Assembly: GCA_963674965.2 (NCBI GenBank)
Contig: CAXXFL010000002.1
Location: forward strand, 160,001 to 224,000
DNA: 64,000 nt
Source of the DNA: a bacterium
Lineage (GTDB): Bacteria > RBG-13-61-14 > DATKZS01
Direction: 5' to 3'
In this document: positions 9,140-17,923 of the stretch, one piece after another
How positions within the stretch are numbered: position 1 is the first letter of the stretch
How the letters are laid out: each line of letters opens with the position of its first letter
Made by a program: the position numbers and the translations under genes
Notes under the pieces: model-generated
What the model was told of the DNA's origin: nothing
Seen by the model: the letters and a program-made list of their open reading frames with translations, nothing else
Database searches by the model: none

Positions 9140-10672
9140 ATGATGAGAGACGAAATACTTATTAACGTGACCTTACAGGAGACTCGAGTCGCCGTCATCG
9201 AGAACGGGGTCCTGGCGGAGTTGTACATCGAGAGGAACGCCGACCGGGGCATCGTGGGCAACATTTACAAGGGCAGGGTGGTAAGGGTCCTGCCCGGCAT
9301 GCAGGCCGCCTTCGTGGACATAGGCATGGACCGCGCCGCTTTCCTTTACGTTTCCGAGGTGATACCCCATTGGCGAAGCGGCATGCAGGACGGGTTCGAC
9401 GGACTGGGCCCGGGGGTTGATCCTTCCTCGCCCAAGGGGGCAAGCCCGCCCGCCATCGAGGAACTACTCCAGGACGGCCAGGACGTTCTGGTGCAGGTGA
9501 CCAAGGAGCCTCTCGGCACCAAGGGCGCGCAGATCACCACTCACGTCACCTTGCCCGGCAGGTACCTGGTTTATATGCCCACTTTCCACCATATAGGAGT
9601 CAGCCGCCGGATTGAGGACGAGAAGAAAAGGGCCCAGCTCCGCAAGATGGTGGAGGACATGAGGCCGAGCGATTCGGGAGGTTTCATCGTCCGGACCGCC
9701 AGCGTGGACTACGCGGAAAAGGCCCTCAAGGCGGACATGGATTACCTGATGAAGGAATGGGACGCCATCTGCCAGAGGTCGGCGAGCGCCGGCTCTCCCA
9801 ATATTATTCATCGCGAGTTGTCCCTCGACCTCAAGGTCATAAGGGACCTCCTGAACGAGAACGTGAGAAAAGTCATCGTGGACTGCGAGTCCCAATACGC
9901 CGAGATTCTTTCCTTTATGGAAAGGTTCATGGGGGACAGGGTCGACGCGGTCGAGCTTTACCGCTCCGAGACCCCGCTTTTCGAGAGCGCCGGCATCGAG
10001 ATCGAGATCGCCAGGGCCCTCGAGCGCAGGGTCTGGCTCAAGAGCGGAGGCTATATAGTGATCGATCAGACCGAGGCCCTTAACGCCATCGACGTGAACA
10101 CCGGCCGCTACGTGGGCAAGAGGAATTTCGAGGAGACCATCCTCAAGACGAATCTCGAGGCGGTCAAGGAGATAGTCTACCAGCTTCGTCTCAGGAACAT
10201 AGGGGGCCTGATAATAATCGACTTCATCGACATGGCCAACACCCAGAACCGTGAGAGGGTCTACCAGTCCCTCGAGGAGGAACTGAAAAAGGACAAGACC
10301 AAGACGACCATCCTCAAGATGAGCGAGCTGGGCCTGGTCGAGATGACCCGGAAGAGGGCTCGGGAAAACCTCTACCAGGTCCTTTGCGAGCCCTGCCCCT
10401 ATTGTGAGGGCAAGGGATATCTTAAATCCAGGACCACCGTGTGCCACGAGATTTTCCGGGAGGTTAGAAAGGGCGCCGGCATATACATGGGCAAACAGGT
10501 CAACCTTTACGTGAACCCGGAGGTGGCGGACCTCCTCTTCAACGAGGAAAGGGACGGGATCACGGAACTGGAGCGCGAACTGGAGATCATGGTCGAGATA
10601 ATGGTTAACAACTCCTTCCACCAGGAACAGTTCGAGGTGGAGGCCATGGCGCGAATAGCGTCGGAGGATTGA
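9140..10672 (+). CDS. rng: Ribonuclease G (Rne/Rng family)
   Basis: S1 domain GNIYKGRVVRVLPGMQAAFVDIG; IDVNTG; IIIDFIDM; CPYCEG zinc link. Confidence 0.93.
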   Translation: MMRDEILINVTLQETRVAVIENGVLAELYIERNADRGIVGNIYKGRVVRVLPGMQAAFVDIGMDRAAFLYVSEVIPHWRSGMQDGFDGLGPGVDPSSPKGASPPAIEELLQDGQDVLVQVTKEPLGTKGAQITTHVTLPGRYLVYMPTFHHIGVSRRIEDEKKRAQLRKMVEDMRPSDSGGFIVRTASVDYAEKALKADMDYLMKEWDAICQRSASAGSPNIIHRELSLDLKVIRDLLNENVRKVIVDCESQYAEILSFMERFMGDRVDAVELYRSETPLFESAGIEIEIARALERRVWLKSGGYIVIDQTEALNAIDVNTGRYVGKRNFEETILKTNLEAVKEIVYQLRLRNIGGLIIIDFIDMANTQNRERVYQSLEEELKKDKTKTTILKMSELGLVEMTRKRARENLYQVLCEPCPYCEGKGYLKSRTTVCHEIFREVRKGAGIYMGKQVNLYVNPEVADLLFNEERDGITELERELEIMVEIMVNNSFHQEQFEVEAMARIASED

Positions 10673-13600
10673 TTATGGCCAAGGACGAAAGGATCGGCGA
10701 TCTTCTCGTGAAGGCGGGAATGATCGATGACATGCAGCTGAAATCCGCTCTGGGCCATCAGAAGAGGTGGGGCGGAAAGATCGGAAAGGCCCTCGTGGAC
10801 CTGGGGTTCATCGAGGAGGACACCATGCTCAAGTTCCTTTCCGAGCACTTCAAGATGAAGGCCGTCAATCTCCTGAGATCGAGGATCGCTCCCCATACCT
10901 TCGAGGCCGTGCCCCTCGACCTGGCCAGGAAATATTCCGTGGTGCCGGTGATTGTAAAGGGACAGGGAACCAAAAAAAGCATCGTCCTGGCCATGAGCGA
11001 GCCCGCCGACCTTTCAGCCATCGACGACATCCAGTTCTCCACCGGCGCCAAGGTCGAGCCCGTCCTGGCCACCGAGTCGGCCATTCACAAGGTAATTCAG
11101 AACTACGGTAACTACTCGCCCGAGATGGCCAGGGAATATAACTTTCAGGAGTCGGCCGCTCCTCATACTTTACGTAAAATGTCCGCGCAAAAACCCGCTC
11201 CGGCCCCTCCCCAAAGGGTGGCCAAGCCCGCCCCGCCCCCTCCGAAAAAATCATCTTCCCGGGCCACGCCCGAGGAGGAGGACATCTTCTTCAAGGAGGA
11301 AAATCTCGAGCCCGGCGTGGACGACGCGGAACTCTCCGCGGGGGACGGCCTCGAGGTGGTAAAGGGCGACGTGATCATGCTTAAGGCCACGAAGGCGGCG
11401 CCTAAAAAGCCGGTCGCCCGTCCCGCGCCTTCTCAGCCACCCCCCGCCCAGGACGCCGACGTGCTGCTTGGGGCCAAGAAAAAGGGGACCGAGGACTCGC
11501 CTTTCCTTATGGATGGTTTTTCGGACGAGGATTCCGAGGAAATCCTCACTCCCGAGATTATCAGGGAGGCGAGCGACCCGGGGGGCGGCGTGGCCATGCC
11601 TCCCCCCCCGGACAACTCCAACGCCATATCCCAGCCCCCCCTCGAGCTCGGAGAAGAGATGGGCAAGCCGAACGTGACGCCGGCCCCCCTCGACGTCCCT
11701 CCTCCATTCGAGCCCCTTGAAGAAAAAGGCCCCGGCGAGCCGCCCGAGGATGAATCGAGCGACCTGGACGATCTGCCCAGCTTCGAGGCCCCCCCTCTCC
11801 TCGATGAGAAGAAGGCGGCCATGGAGGAACCCTACGGACAGCCCGGTCCTCCTCCTCCCCCCGGCATGGTGGAAGAGGAAATCGCCGTCAGGGCCGAGCC
11901 CAAGTTCGACGTTCCCTCCGTCTTCGACGACCCGTCCAGGGACATGGGCGTGCCCGGCCTTTTCTCCGAGGCTGACGACCTCGCCCCGCCATCCTTTGAA
12001 GGACCCGGCGGAGGCTCGGTGCCGGGTCTTATCACCGAGGAAACGCCGGCCGATCTGATCGACGAAATCTCCGCCGGCGCCTCCGATCGCGGCGGGGTCC
12101 CGACCATCGACGTGCCGCCGGTTTTCGAGGATTTTCCCGACGGGCCTATTTCCGAGCCGGAGCCGGAACCGCCCGTAATGGCCGGGGGGCTGGCCCCGCC
12201 CGAGATGGACCTGCCCCCTATCGACGAGCCCTCGTCGGGTCTTGACCTTCCGCCCATGATGGGGGACGGTGACGGCGGGGTAGGGGACTTTGTGGCCCCC
12301 GCCCACGAGCTTCAGACCGAGGCATTCTCCGAGGAGAAGGAGGAGGACGCGCCGGTCGTGCCCATCGATCTGCCCGATTATGAACCGGCCGAGATAGAAT
12401 TCGCCGCGGCCCATGAGTTCGTTTCCATGACCACGACCGAGACCGAGTTTTCTCCCGACGGCGAATCCGGGTTGGATATCGGCGGTGGATCGGAGGACCT
12501 GGGAGACGATTTTATTTCCAGGATCGGCGACGACGATTATAATGAAATGTCCATGGCGGAGGCCGGCCCCGCCGAAGATGATGAGGAACCGCCCGAACTC
12601 GAGATGGAAGTGCCCGCCCTGGATAACTCGGCCGCGCCCGACCTCGGGAAGATGGCCCCCGAATCACCGGGCCTGCCCTCGCTGGACCTGCCTCCCATAG
12701 ACGATTCGCCTCCGCCGATGGGCGAGGCGCCGATATTCAAAACCCAGGAGGAGGAAGAGGATTTGTTTTCCGCTCCTCCCATGACCGAGCCGGACGGCTT
12801 TGGTGAAGGATCGGACTTATGGGGGGGGAAAGCCGCGCCCTCTCAAAGCGAGGACCTCGAGTGGAGCCAGGGAGGAGACTCGGGCGAACAGGATATATGG
12901 GGGAGCGATGGAATAGGCGACGAGTCCTTGCCCGGAGGGTCCGAAGGCGAGGCCGAGCCGCCACCACCCCCGCCGTCCTTCGAGGCCGGGCCGCCGCCGG
13001 GATTTGAAGATCACGTGCCCGACTTTTTGAAAGACGATCCCCCCGCGCCGGAAGAGGAAGGTCCCGATGAAGAAACGGTGGGATTGAAAGCCTCCGAGCC
13101 GGAAGAGAAAAAAGTCGGTCCCTTGTCCTCGCTTCCCTTCGAGGGACCTCCCCCCATGGACGATCCCGGCCTGGCGGGACCGGACCTGGCCCCGCCTCCA
13201 GCCGAGCCCAAACCAGCGGCCGAGGAGGGACCGGCGATCAAAGAGTCTCCTCTTGACTTGCCCCCGCCCCCACCACCCGAGGCGGATACGGCAAAGCCCA
13301 AGCCGATCGATAACGTGGAAGAGATCGACCTGGGAGGAGACGACCCCATTTCCAGTTTCGATCTGGGGTCCCCCGCCGGCTCGGGAGACGTTTTCGCCAA
13401 GGAGGAGCCTGTCCCGCCGCCCGCGCCGGAAATCGAGGAGCCGAAGGAGGAGCTGAAAACGGAGCCCCCACCGGCGGCGGCAAAAGAGATTGCCCCCAAA
13501 CCGGTGGAACCGGAAGTCGGAGACAGCCCCGAGCTTCTGGGCGAGTTCAAACAGGTGGCAGTGGCCGCCGACGATGAGCCGGAGTCCGAATCGACCCTTG

Positions 13601-13851
13601 ACCAGATAGAAAAAATGATGGACATGGGCGACGCCTTTTTGGACACAAGCGAGGTCAAGATGCGTCTTCAGCAGGTGGCCAGGCTGGAAGTTGACGTAAA
13701 GGAAAGAGAATATCAGTTCGACGAGCTTTTGAACCTTATGATGAAAAAGGAGATGGGCGAGATAACCCAGGAGCTTTTTATGAAGGAACTTAAGGTCCTG
13801 AAAGCAAAAGTGGACGAAACCAGGGAAAGTAAAAAAGATAATAAGAGCTAA
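10669..13851 (+). CDS. MshEN (GspE N-terminal) domain protein with a very long acidic Pro-rich low-complexity region and a helical C-terminus; no ATPase domain
   Basis: RIGDLLVKAGMIDDMQLKSALGHQ-x5-KIGKALVDLGFI; LAMSEP; then roughly 800 aa rich in P/E/D/G. Confidence 0.8.
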   Translation: MIMAKDERIGDLLVKAGMIDDMQLKSALGHQKRWGGKIGKALVDLGFIEEDTMLKFLSEHFKMKAVNLLRSRIAPHTFEAVPLDLARKYSVVPVIVKGQGTKKSIVLAMSEPADLSAIDDIQFSTGAKVEPVLATESAIHKVIQNYGNYSPEMAREYNFQESAAPHTLRKMSAQKPAPAPPQRVAKPAPPPPKKSSSRATPEEEDIFFKEENLEPGVDDAELSAGDGLEVVKGDVIMLKATKAAPKKPVARPAPSQPPPAQDADVLLGAKKKGTEDSPFLMDGFSDEDSEEILTPEIIREASDPGGGVAMPPPPDNSNAISQPPLELGEEMGKPNVTPAPLDVPPPFEPLEEKGPGEPPEDESSDLDDLPSFEAPPLLDEKKAAMEEPYGQPGPPPPPGMVEEEIAVRAEPKFDVPSVFDDPSRDMGVPGLFSEADDLAPPSFEGPGGGSVPGLITEETPADLIDEISAGASDRGGVPTIDVPPVFEDFPDGPISEPEPEPPVMAGGLAPPEMDLPPIDEPSSGLDLPPMMGDGDGGVGDFVAPAHELQTEAFSEEKEEDAPVVPIDLPDYEPAEIEFAAAHEFVSMTTTETEFSPDGESGLDIGGGSEDLGDDFISRIGDDDYNEMSMAEAGPAEDDEEPPELEMEVPALDNSAAPDLGKMAPESPGLPSLDLPPIDDSPPPMGEAPIFKTQEEEEDLFSAPPMTEPDGFGEGSDLWGGKAAPSQSEDLEWSQGGDSGEQDIWGSDGIGDESLPGGSEGEAEPPPPPPSFEAGPPPGFEDHVPDFLKDDPPAPEEEGPDEETVGLKASEPEEKKVGPLSSLPFEGPPPMDDPGLAGPDLAPPPAEPKPAAEEGPAIKESPLDLPPPPPPEADTAKPKPIDNVEEIDLGGDDPISSFDLGSPAGSGDVFAKEEPVPPPAPEIEEPKEELKTEPPPAAAKEIAPKPVEPEVGDSPELLGEFKQVAVAADDEPESESTLDQIEKMMDMGDAFLDTSEVKMRLQQVARLEVDVKEREYQFDELLNLMMKKEMGEITQELFMKELKVLKAKVDETRESKKDNKS

Positions 13852-13964
13852 GTGGGCGCGAGGCGCCCGGCGTCCATGACCGCTATCCGCCCTTTATCCG
13901 CGTCAATAATGGCGCGAATGTCTTTTAAATCTCATTTCCGAGATTAAAACGTGTCGATCGCGTC

Positions 13965-14177
13965 TTAAACCTGGGGCAACACGAAGTCCTTATGGTCTTT
14001 CGTGTACTCGTAGAGCGGCAGCTTGGACCCTCTTTTCATGCATTTCTTGTAGATGGGACAATTGACGCAATTGGCCCCGTTGCATTTGGAATCCAATTCC
14101 TCTGAACTTAGCACGAGCGCGCCGTTGAAGGCGCCGCACATTTTAATCTGCCGGCCGATTAAAAATTGACAACTCAT
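13965..14177 (-). CDS. Small Cys-rich hypothetical protein (70 aa)
   Basis: Six Cys including CxxCPIY; upstream AAAGGGA RBS-like sequence and a promoter. Confidence 0.65.
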   Translation of the reverse strand: MSCQFLIGRQIKMCGAFNGALVLSSEELDSKCNGANCVNCPIYKKCMKRGSKLPLYEYTKDHKDFVLPQV

Positions 14178-14282
14178 TGGTTCGTCCCTTTCGTAAGATT
14201 GCAGTCAAGGCGTTAAGGGCCGGCAACGGGAGCGTGGAGCTTTTACGGCGGCGAGCGGAGCATACATTTATCCTTAATGTAG

Positions 14283-14311
14283 AATATAAATAAATAATTG
14301 TCTTTTGTCAA
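14283..14311 (-). promoter_or_regulatory. Sigma70-type promoter for the small Cys-rich gene
   Basis: TTGACA-17 nt-TATATT on the minus strand. Confidence 0.55.
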
Positions 14312-14692
14312 TCTTTTTATTAATTTTTTCTAAAAAATCTTTTTCGAGACTTTGCCTCCCTTTTGCAGTATGACCAGTAACTACCAGATATCAAAAGTTA
14401 ATTGGTGGCTGGACCTTTCGTGGAAAAACAAAGCTTATCTGGAAAATAAGGAATGAACCTCCATCCAAGATCAGCCCCCAAAGCGTCGGATAATATCGGG
14501 CAACGATTACCCATTTTAATCGTCAGAATCCCGAGAGGAATATATGGGGGCCAAAAAGCGATTTGTCATTTATTCCCAATTTGATAACATACAAGCCAAG
14601 CGGGACTTTGGTTCCTGGATCGCCAATTTATCCGAGGCCGTTTTGCAGCTGATTTACAAATTCGGCGCCACTTCGGCCAGGGGAGGAAGTTC

Positions 14693-15454
14693 ATGACCGA
14701 CGGTTTGTCCGGATTTAAATGCCTCGTCACCGGCGCGGGCGGCGGAATTGGCTCGGCCATCTGCCTGAGGCTGGCGGAAAAAGGGGCCATGGTGGCGGCG
14801 GCCGACGTTAACGAGGAAAAAGCCGCCCTGACCGCGAAGAAAATAGAAGACAAAGGCGGGCGCTGCTTTGCTCTCGTGGCTGACGTCTCCCGGCGGGAGG
14901 ACGCTGACCGCATGGTAAGCCTGGCCGTCGAGAAAATGAAAGGGCTGGACGTGCTGGTCAACAACGCCGGCGTGGCCACGGCCTCCTTTATCGAGTCCGT
15001 CACCGACGAGGAGATCGCGAGGGTATTGGGCGTGAACCTTATCGGCGCGCTCATGGTCACCAGGGCGGCGAGTCCCCATCTTCGAAAAAGCCAAAACGGC
15101 CGGATCATAAACGTGTCCAGCGTCGAGGGCATCCGGGGGTCCGGCCTGGTTCCGGTTTACAGCTCGAGCAAGGCCGGGCTTATCGGCCTGACCAGGTCCA
15201 ACGCCATCGAGTTCGCCCGGTTCGGGGTCACGGTCAACGCCGTGTGTCCGGGACCGATCGACACGGACATGCTGGCGCCCATGATGGCCAACGAGAAGTT
15301 CAGGGAGAAGGTTATGAAGGGCGTTCCCCTCCGGCGGGTGGGAAAGCCCGAGGACGTGGCCGGCGTGGTGGCCTTTTTGGCGTCGCCCGAGGCGTCCTTT
15401 TTAACCGGCAACGAGATAGTGATCGACGGCGGCATGACCTTGAAGGCGCTGTAA
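14693..15454 (+). CDS. Short-chain dehydrogenase/reductase (FabG-like)
   Basis: TGAGGGIG, NNAG, YSSSK, PG motifs; GGAGG RBS. Confidence 0.9.
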   Translation: MTDGLSGFKCLVTGAGGGIGSAICLRLAEKGAMVAAADVNEEKAALTAKKIEDKGGRCFALVADVSRREDADRMVSLAVEKMKGLDVLVNNAGVATASFIESVTDEEIARVLGVNLIGALMVTRAASPHLRKSQNGRIINVSSVEGIRGSGLVPVYSSSKAGLIGLTRSNAIEFARFGVTVNAVCPGPIDTDMLAPMMANEKFREKVMKGVPLRRVGKPEDVAGVVAFLASPEASFLTGNEIVIDGGMTLKAL

Positions 15455-15483
15455 AAGAAAAGGTCCCCTTTTTGGAGGCTCTC

Positions 15484-16740
15484 ATGCGTGACGTTTACGT
15501 AATCGGCGTTGGAATGACTCGGTTCGGAAAGTACCCGGAGGAGACGATCAAGACCCTATCCCGCAAGGCCGTGAACGCGGCTTGCGAGCACGCGGGGATC
15601 AAGACCTCGGATATTAGGATCGCCTCGGTGGGCAACGCCTTTCAAGGCATAGCCACCGGCCAGGAGTCCATCCGCGGGCAGGTGGTGCTCCGGGCCATGG
15701 GGATAGGAGACATTCCCGTGTTCAACCTCGAGAACGCCTGCGCCAGCTCGGCCACGGCCTTTCAAGTCTGCTGGATGGACCTGGCCCTGGGCATACACGA
15801 CGTGGGCCTGGCCTTGGGCTTCGAGAAGATGTACCTCGACGACCGGGACAAGCGCCTCAGCCTTTTCTCGGCCGCCATGGACCAGGACGTGGTGGCCATG
15901 ATCCTGAAAATGGCCAGAAGCCACGAGGCCTCGGTCAAGGAAAAGGAAAAGAAAGCCGGCGGCGAGGCAAAGGACAAGGTTGGCAAGAAAAGCGCCTTCA
16001 TGGAGCTTTACGCCATGGCCGCCCGCATGCACATGGACAAATATGGGACCACCCAGCGCCAGTTCGCGGCCATCAGCGCCAAGAACCACACCAACAGTCA
16101 ACATAATCCCTACGCCCAGTACCGGGAGCCCATGACCGTCGAGGAGGTGCTGGCGGCGCCGGAGGTGTCATATCCTCTGACTCGGCCCATGTGCTCGCCC
16201 GTGGGCGACGGCGCGGCGGCGGCCATCTTGGCCACCCGGGAGGGAGTGAAGAAGCTGGGCGCGGCCAAGCCGGTGAAAATCCTGGCCGCGGTCCTGGGCT
16301 CGGGCAAGGACAGGGGCCTTAACGACCCGGACCTGGGCGAGCGCCTGGCCCAGGTGGCCTACGAGACGGCCGGCGTGGGTCCCACGGACGTGGACCTCCT
16401 CGAGGTACACGACGCCACGGCCTATGGGGAACTCAGGGCCATCGAGGGACTGGGCTTTTGTCCGCTCGGGGAGGGAGGGCCCTTTTCCGAGGCCGGCCAC
16501 ACGGCCATCGGCGGCAAGATAGCGGTGAACCCGTCGGGCGGCCTCGAGAGCAAGGGCCATCCCGTCGGCGCCACGGGCGTGGGCCAGATAGCGGAGATCG
16601 TCTGGCAGCTCCGGGGCGAGGCGGGCAAGAGACAGGTCGGGGGCGCGCGGATCGGTATGACGGAGAACGGGGGAGGCAACATAGGCCTCGAGGAGGCGGC
16701 CATGAACATAACTCTTCTCGAGGCGGTGGACTCGGTTTAG
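15484..16740 (+). CDS. Thiolase-family protein (SCP2-thiolase/lipid-transfer-protein type)
   Basis: Start at ATG 15484 after GGAGG (MRDVYVIGVGMTRFGK); ENACASS, EVHDA, NPSGG, GHPVGATG, ENGGG. Confidence 0.88.
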   Translation: MRDVYVIGVGMTRFGKYPEETIKTLSRKAVNAACEHAGIKTSDIRIASVGNAFQGIATGQESIRGQVVLRAMGIGDIPVFNLENACASSATAFQVCWMDLALGIHDVGLALGFEKMYLDDRDKRLSLFSAAMDQDVVAMILKMARSHEASVKEKEKKAGGEAKDKVGKKSAFMELYAMAARMHMDKYGTTQRQFAAISAKNHTNSQHNPYAQYREPMTVEEVLAAPEVSYPLTRPMCSPVGDGAAAAILATREGVKKLGAAKPVKILAAVLGSGKDRGLNDPDLGERLAQVAYETAGVGPTDVDLLEVHDATAYGELRAIEGLGFCPLGEGGPFSEAGHTAIGGKIAVNPSGGLESKGHPVGATGVGQIAEIVWQLRGEAGKRQVGGARIGMTENGGGNIGLEEAAMNITLLEAVDSV

Positions 16741-16752
16741 CCATTTCATCCA

Positions 16753-17922
16753 ATGGAGGCGAAGATGCAACTTACACCTGAGGAATTTTCGGCGTTTCGG
16801 GACATGGCCCGCTCCTTCGCCAGGAGGAGCGTGGCGCCCATGCTCGATCACGAGTCGCCCGATGGAGACCTTGAACGGACGCGCTCCATACTCGATGAGG
16901 CCATGGCCACGGGCGTGATGGCCTCGGCCGACCCCGAGTCGCCCGGACACGAGACCGGGGCCTGGGGAAGACAAGCCATCGAGAACGGACCCCGTTCGAG
17001 CCTCATGCTTTTGTCCGAGCTGGCCTCGGTCTGCGCCGGCGTGGCCATGAACGTTCACGCCGCGGGGCTGGCGGCGCTTGTTTTGAACATGGCCGACAAG
17101 GCCCCGGCCAGGGTCCCGGCCCGGGCCGCGGTGGCTCTCTTCGAGGGAGGATATTTGCCGGGTCCGTCCGCCATTGTCAACCCATCGGGCGCGGCGCCGC
17201 CCATAGCGGCGAGGGCGCGCGGGGAAAAGGGAGGCTACGTCCTGTCCGGCGGCAAGGACTACGTCTTCGCCCCTTTCGGGCTCGAGGCCTTCCTGGTTTT
17301 CGCCCTGGAGGCCGATGACTGGGCGTGCTTCGTCGTGCCCCGCGAAGCGCCGGGCCTCGAGGAGGCGGACTCGGGAATCAGGATGGGACTTCGGGCTTGT
17401 CCGTGTTTGAACCTCAAGTTCAAGGACCTTGTCCTTCCGGCCGAGTCCAGGCTTTCCTTTTCCACGAAAACGGCCCACCTGGTACTGGAATACATGCGGC
17501 TTAACTGGCTGGGCATGGTGGCCATGAGCCACGGCATGGCGAGGGGGGCCCTCGAGCGGGCCAGGGAATACGCCGAGGAAAGGTATCAGGGATGTTGCCT
17601 TATTATCAACCATCCGGCCATGGGCATGCTTTTGAGTGACGCGTCGTCCCGCCTTCTGGTGCTCGAGTCGCTCATGGAAAAGGCGTCGCTCGAGGAGGGC
17701 ACGGCGTGGAGGAAATTCATCCTGGCGGCCGAGGCCAAACTGGCGGGCCTTCGGGCCGCGGCCGACGCCGTGACCGACTCCCTCCAGGTGTTCGGCGGCT
17801 ACGGATACATGGAGGACTACCGCATGGAAAAAAGATACCGCGACGTCAACTCGCTCAAATGCGCCGGCGGGTCCCCCCGCGACCTCCGCGCCATTATCGC
17901 CGAGACGATAGGGGAGAAGTAA
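16753..17922 (+). CDS. Acyl-CoA dehydrogenase family protein (divergent, probably a non-catalytic subunit)
   Basis: GKDYV, MGLRA, QVFGGYGYMEDYRMEKRYRD; lacks TEPxxGSD and IYEG motifs. Confidence 0.85.
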   Translation: MEAKMQLTPEEFSAFRDMARSFARRSVAPMLDHESPDGDLERTRSILDEAMATGVMASADPESPGHETGAWGRQAIENGPRSSLMLLSELASVCAGVAMNVHAAGLAALVLNMADKAPARVPARAAVALFEGGYLPGPSAIVNPSGAAPPIAARARGEKGGYVLSGGKDYVFAPFGLEAFLVFALEADDWACFVVPREAPGLEEADSGIRMGLRACPCLNLKFKDLVLPAESRLSFSTKTAHLVLEYMRLNWLGMVAMSHGMARGALERAREYAEERYQGCCLIINHPAMGMLLSDASSRLLVLESLMEKASLEEGTAWRKFILAAEAKLAGLRAAADAVTDSLQVFGGYGYMEDYRMEKRYRDVNSLKCAGGSPRDLRAIIAETIGEK

Positions 17923-17923
17923 A

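Noticed and set aside
10669-13851. GspE/PilB secretion ATPase
   Set aside because: Only the N-terminal MshEN region is present; no Walker motifs and no adjacent secretion or pilus genes
15244-15483. N-terminal extensions from the ORF track (also 29811, 33401, 43768, 54740)
   Set aside because: They overlap neighbouring genes or non-coding DNA; downstream starts fit the RBS and/or the family N-terminus better
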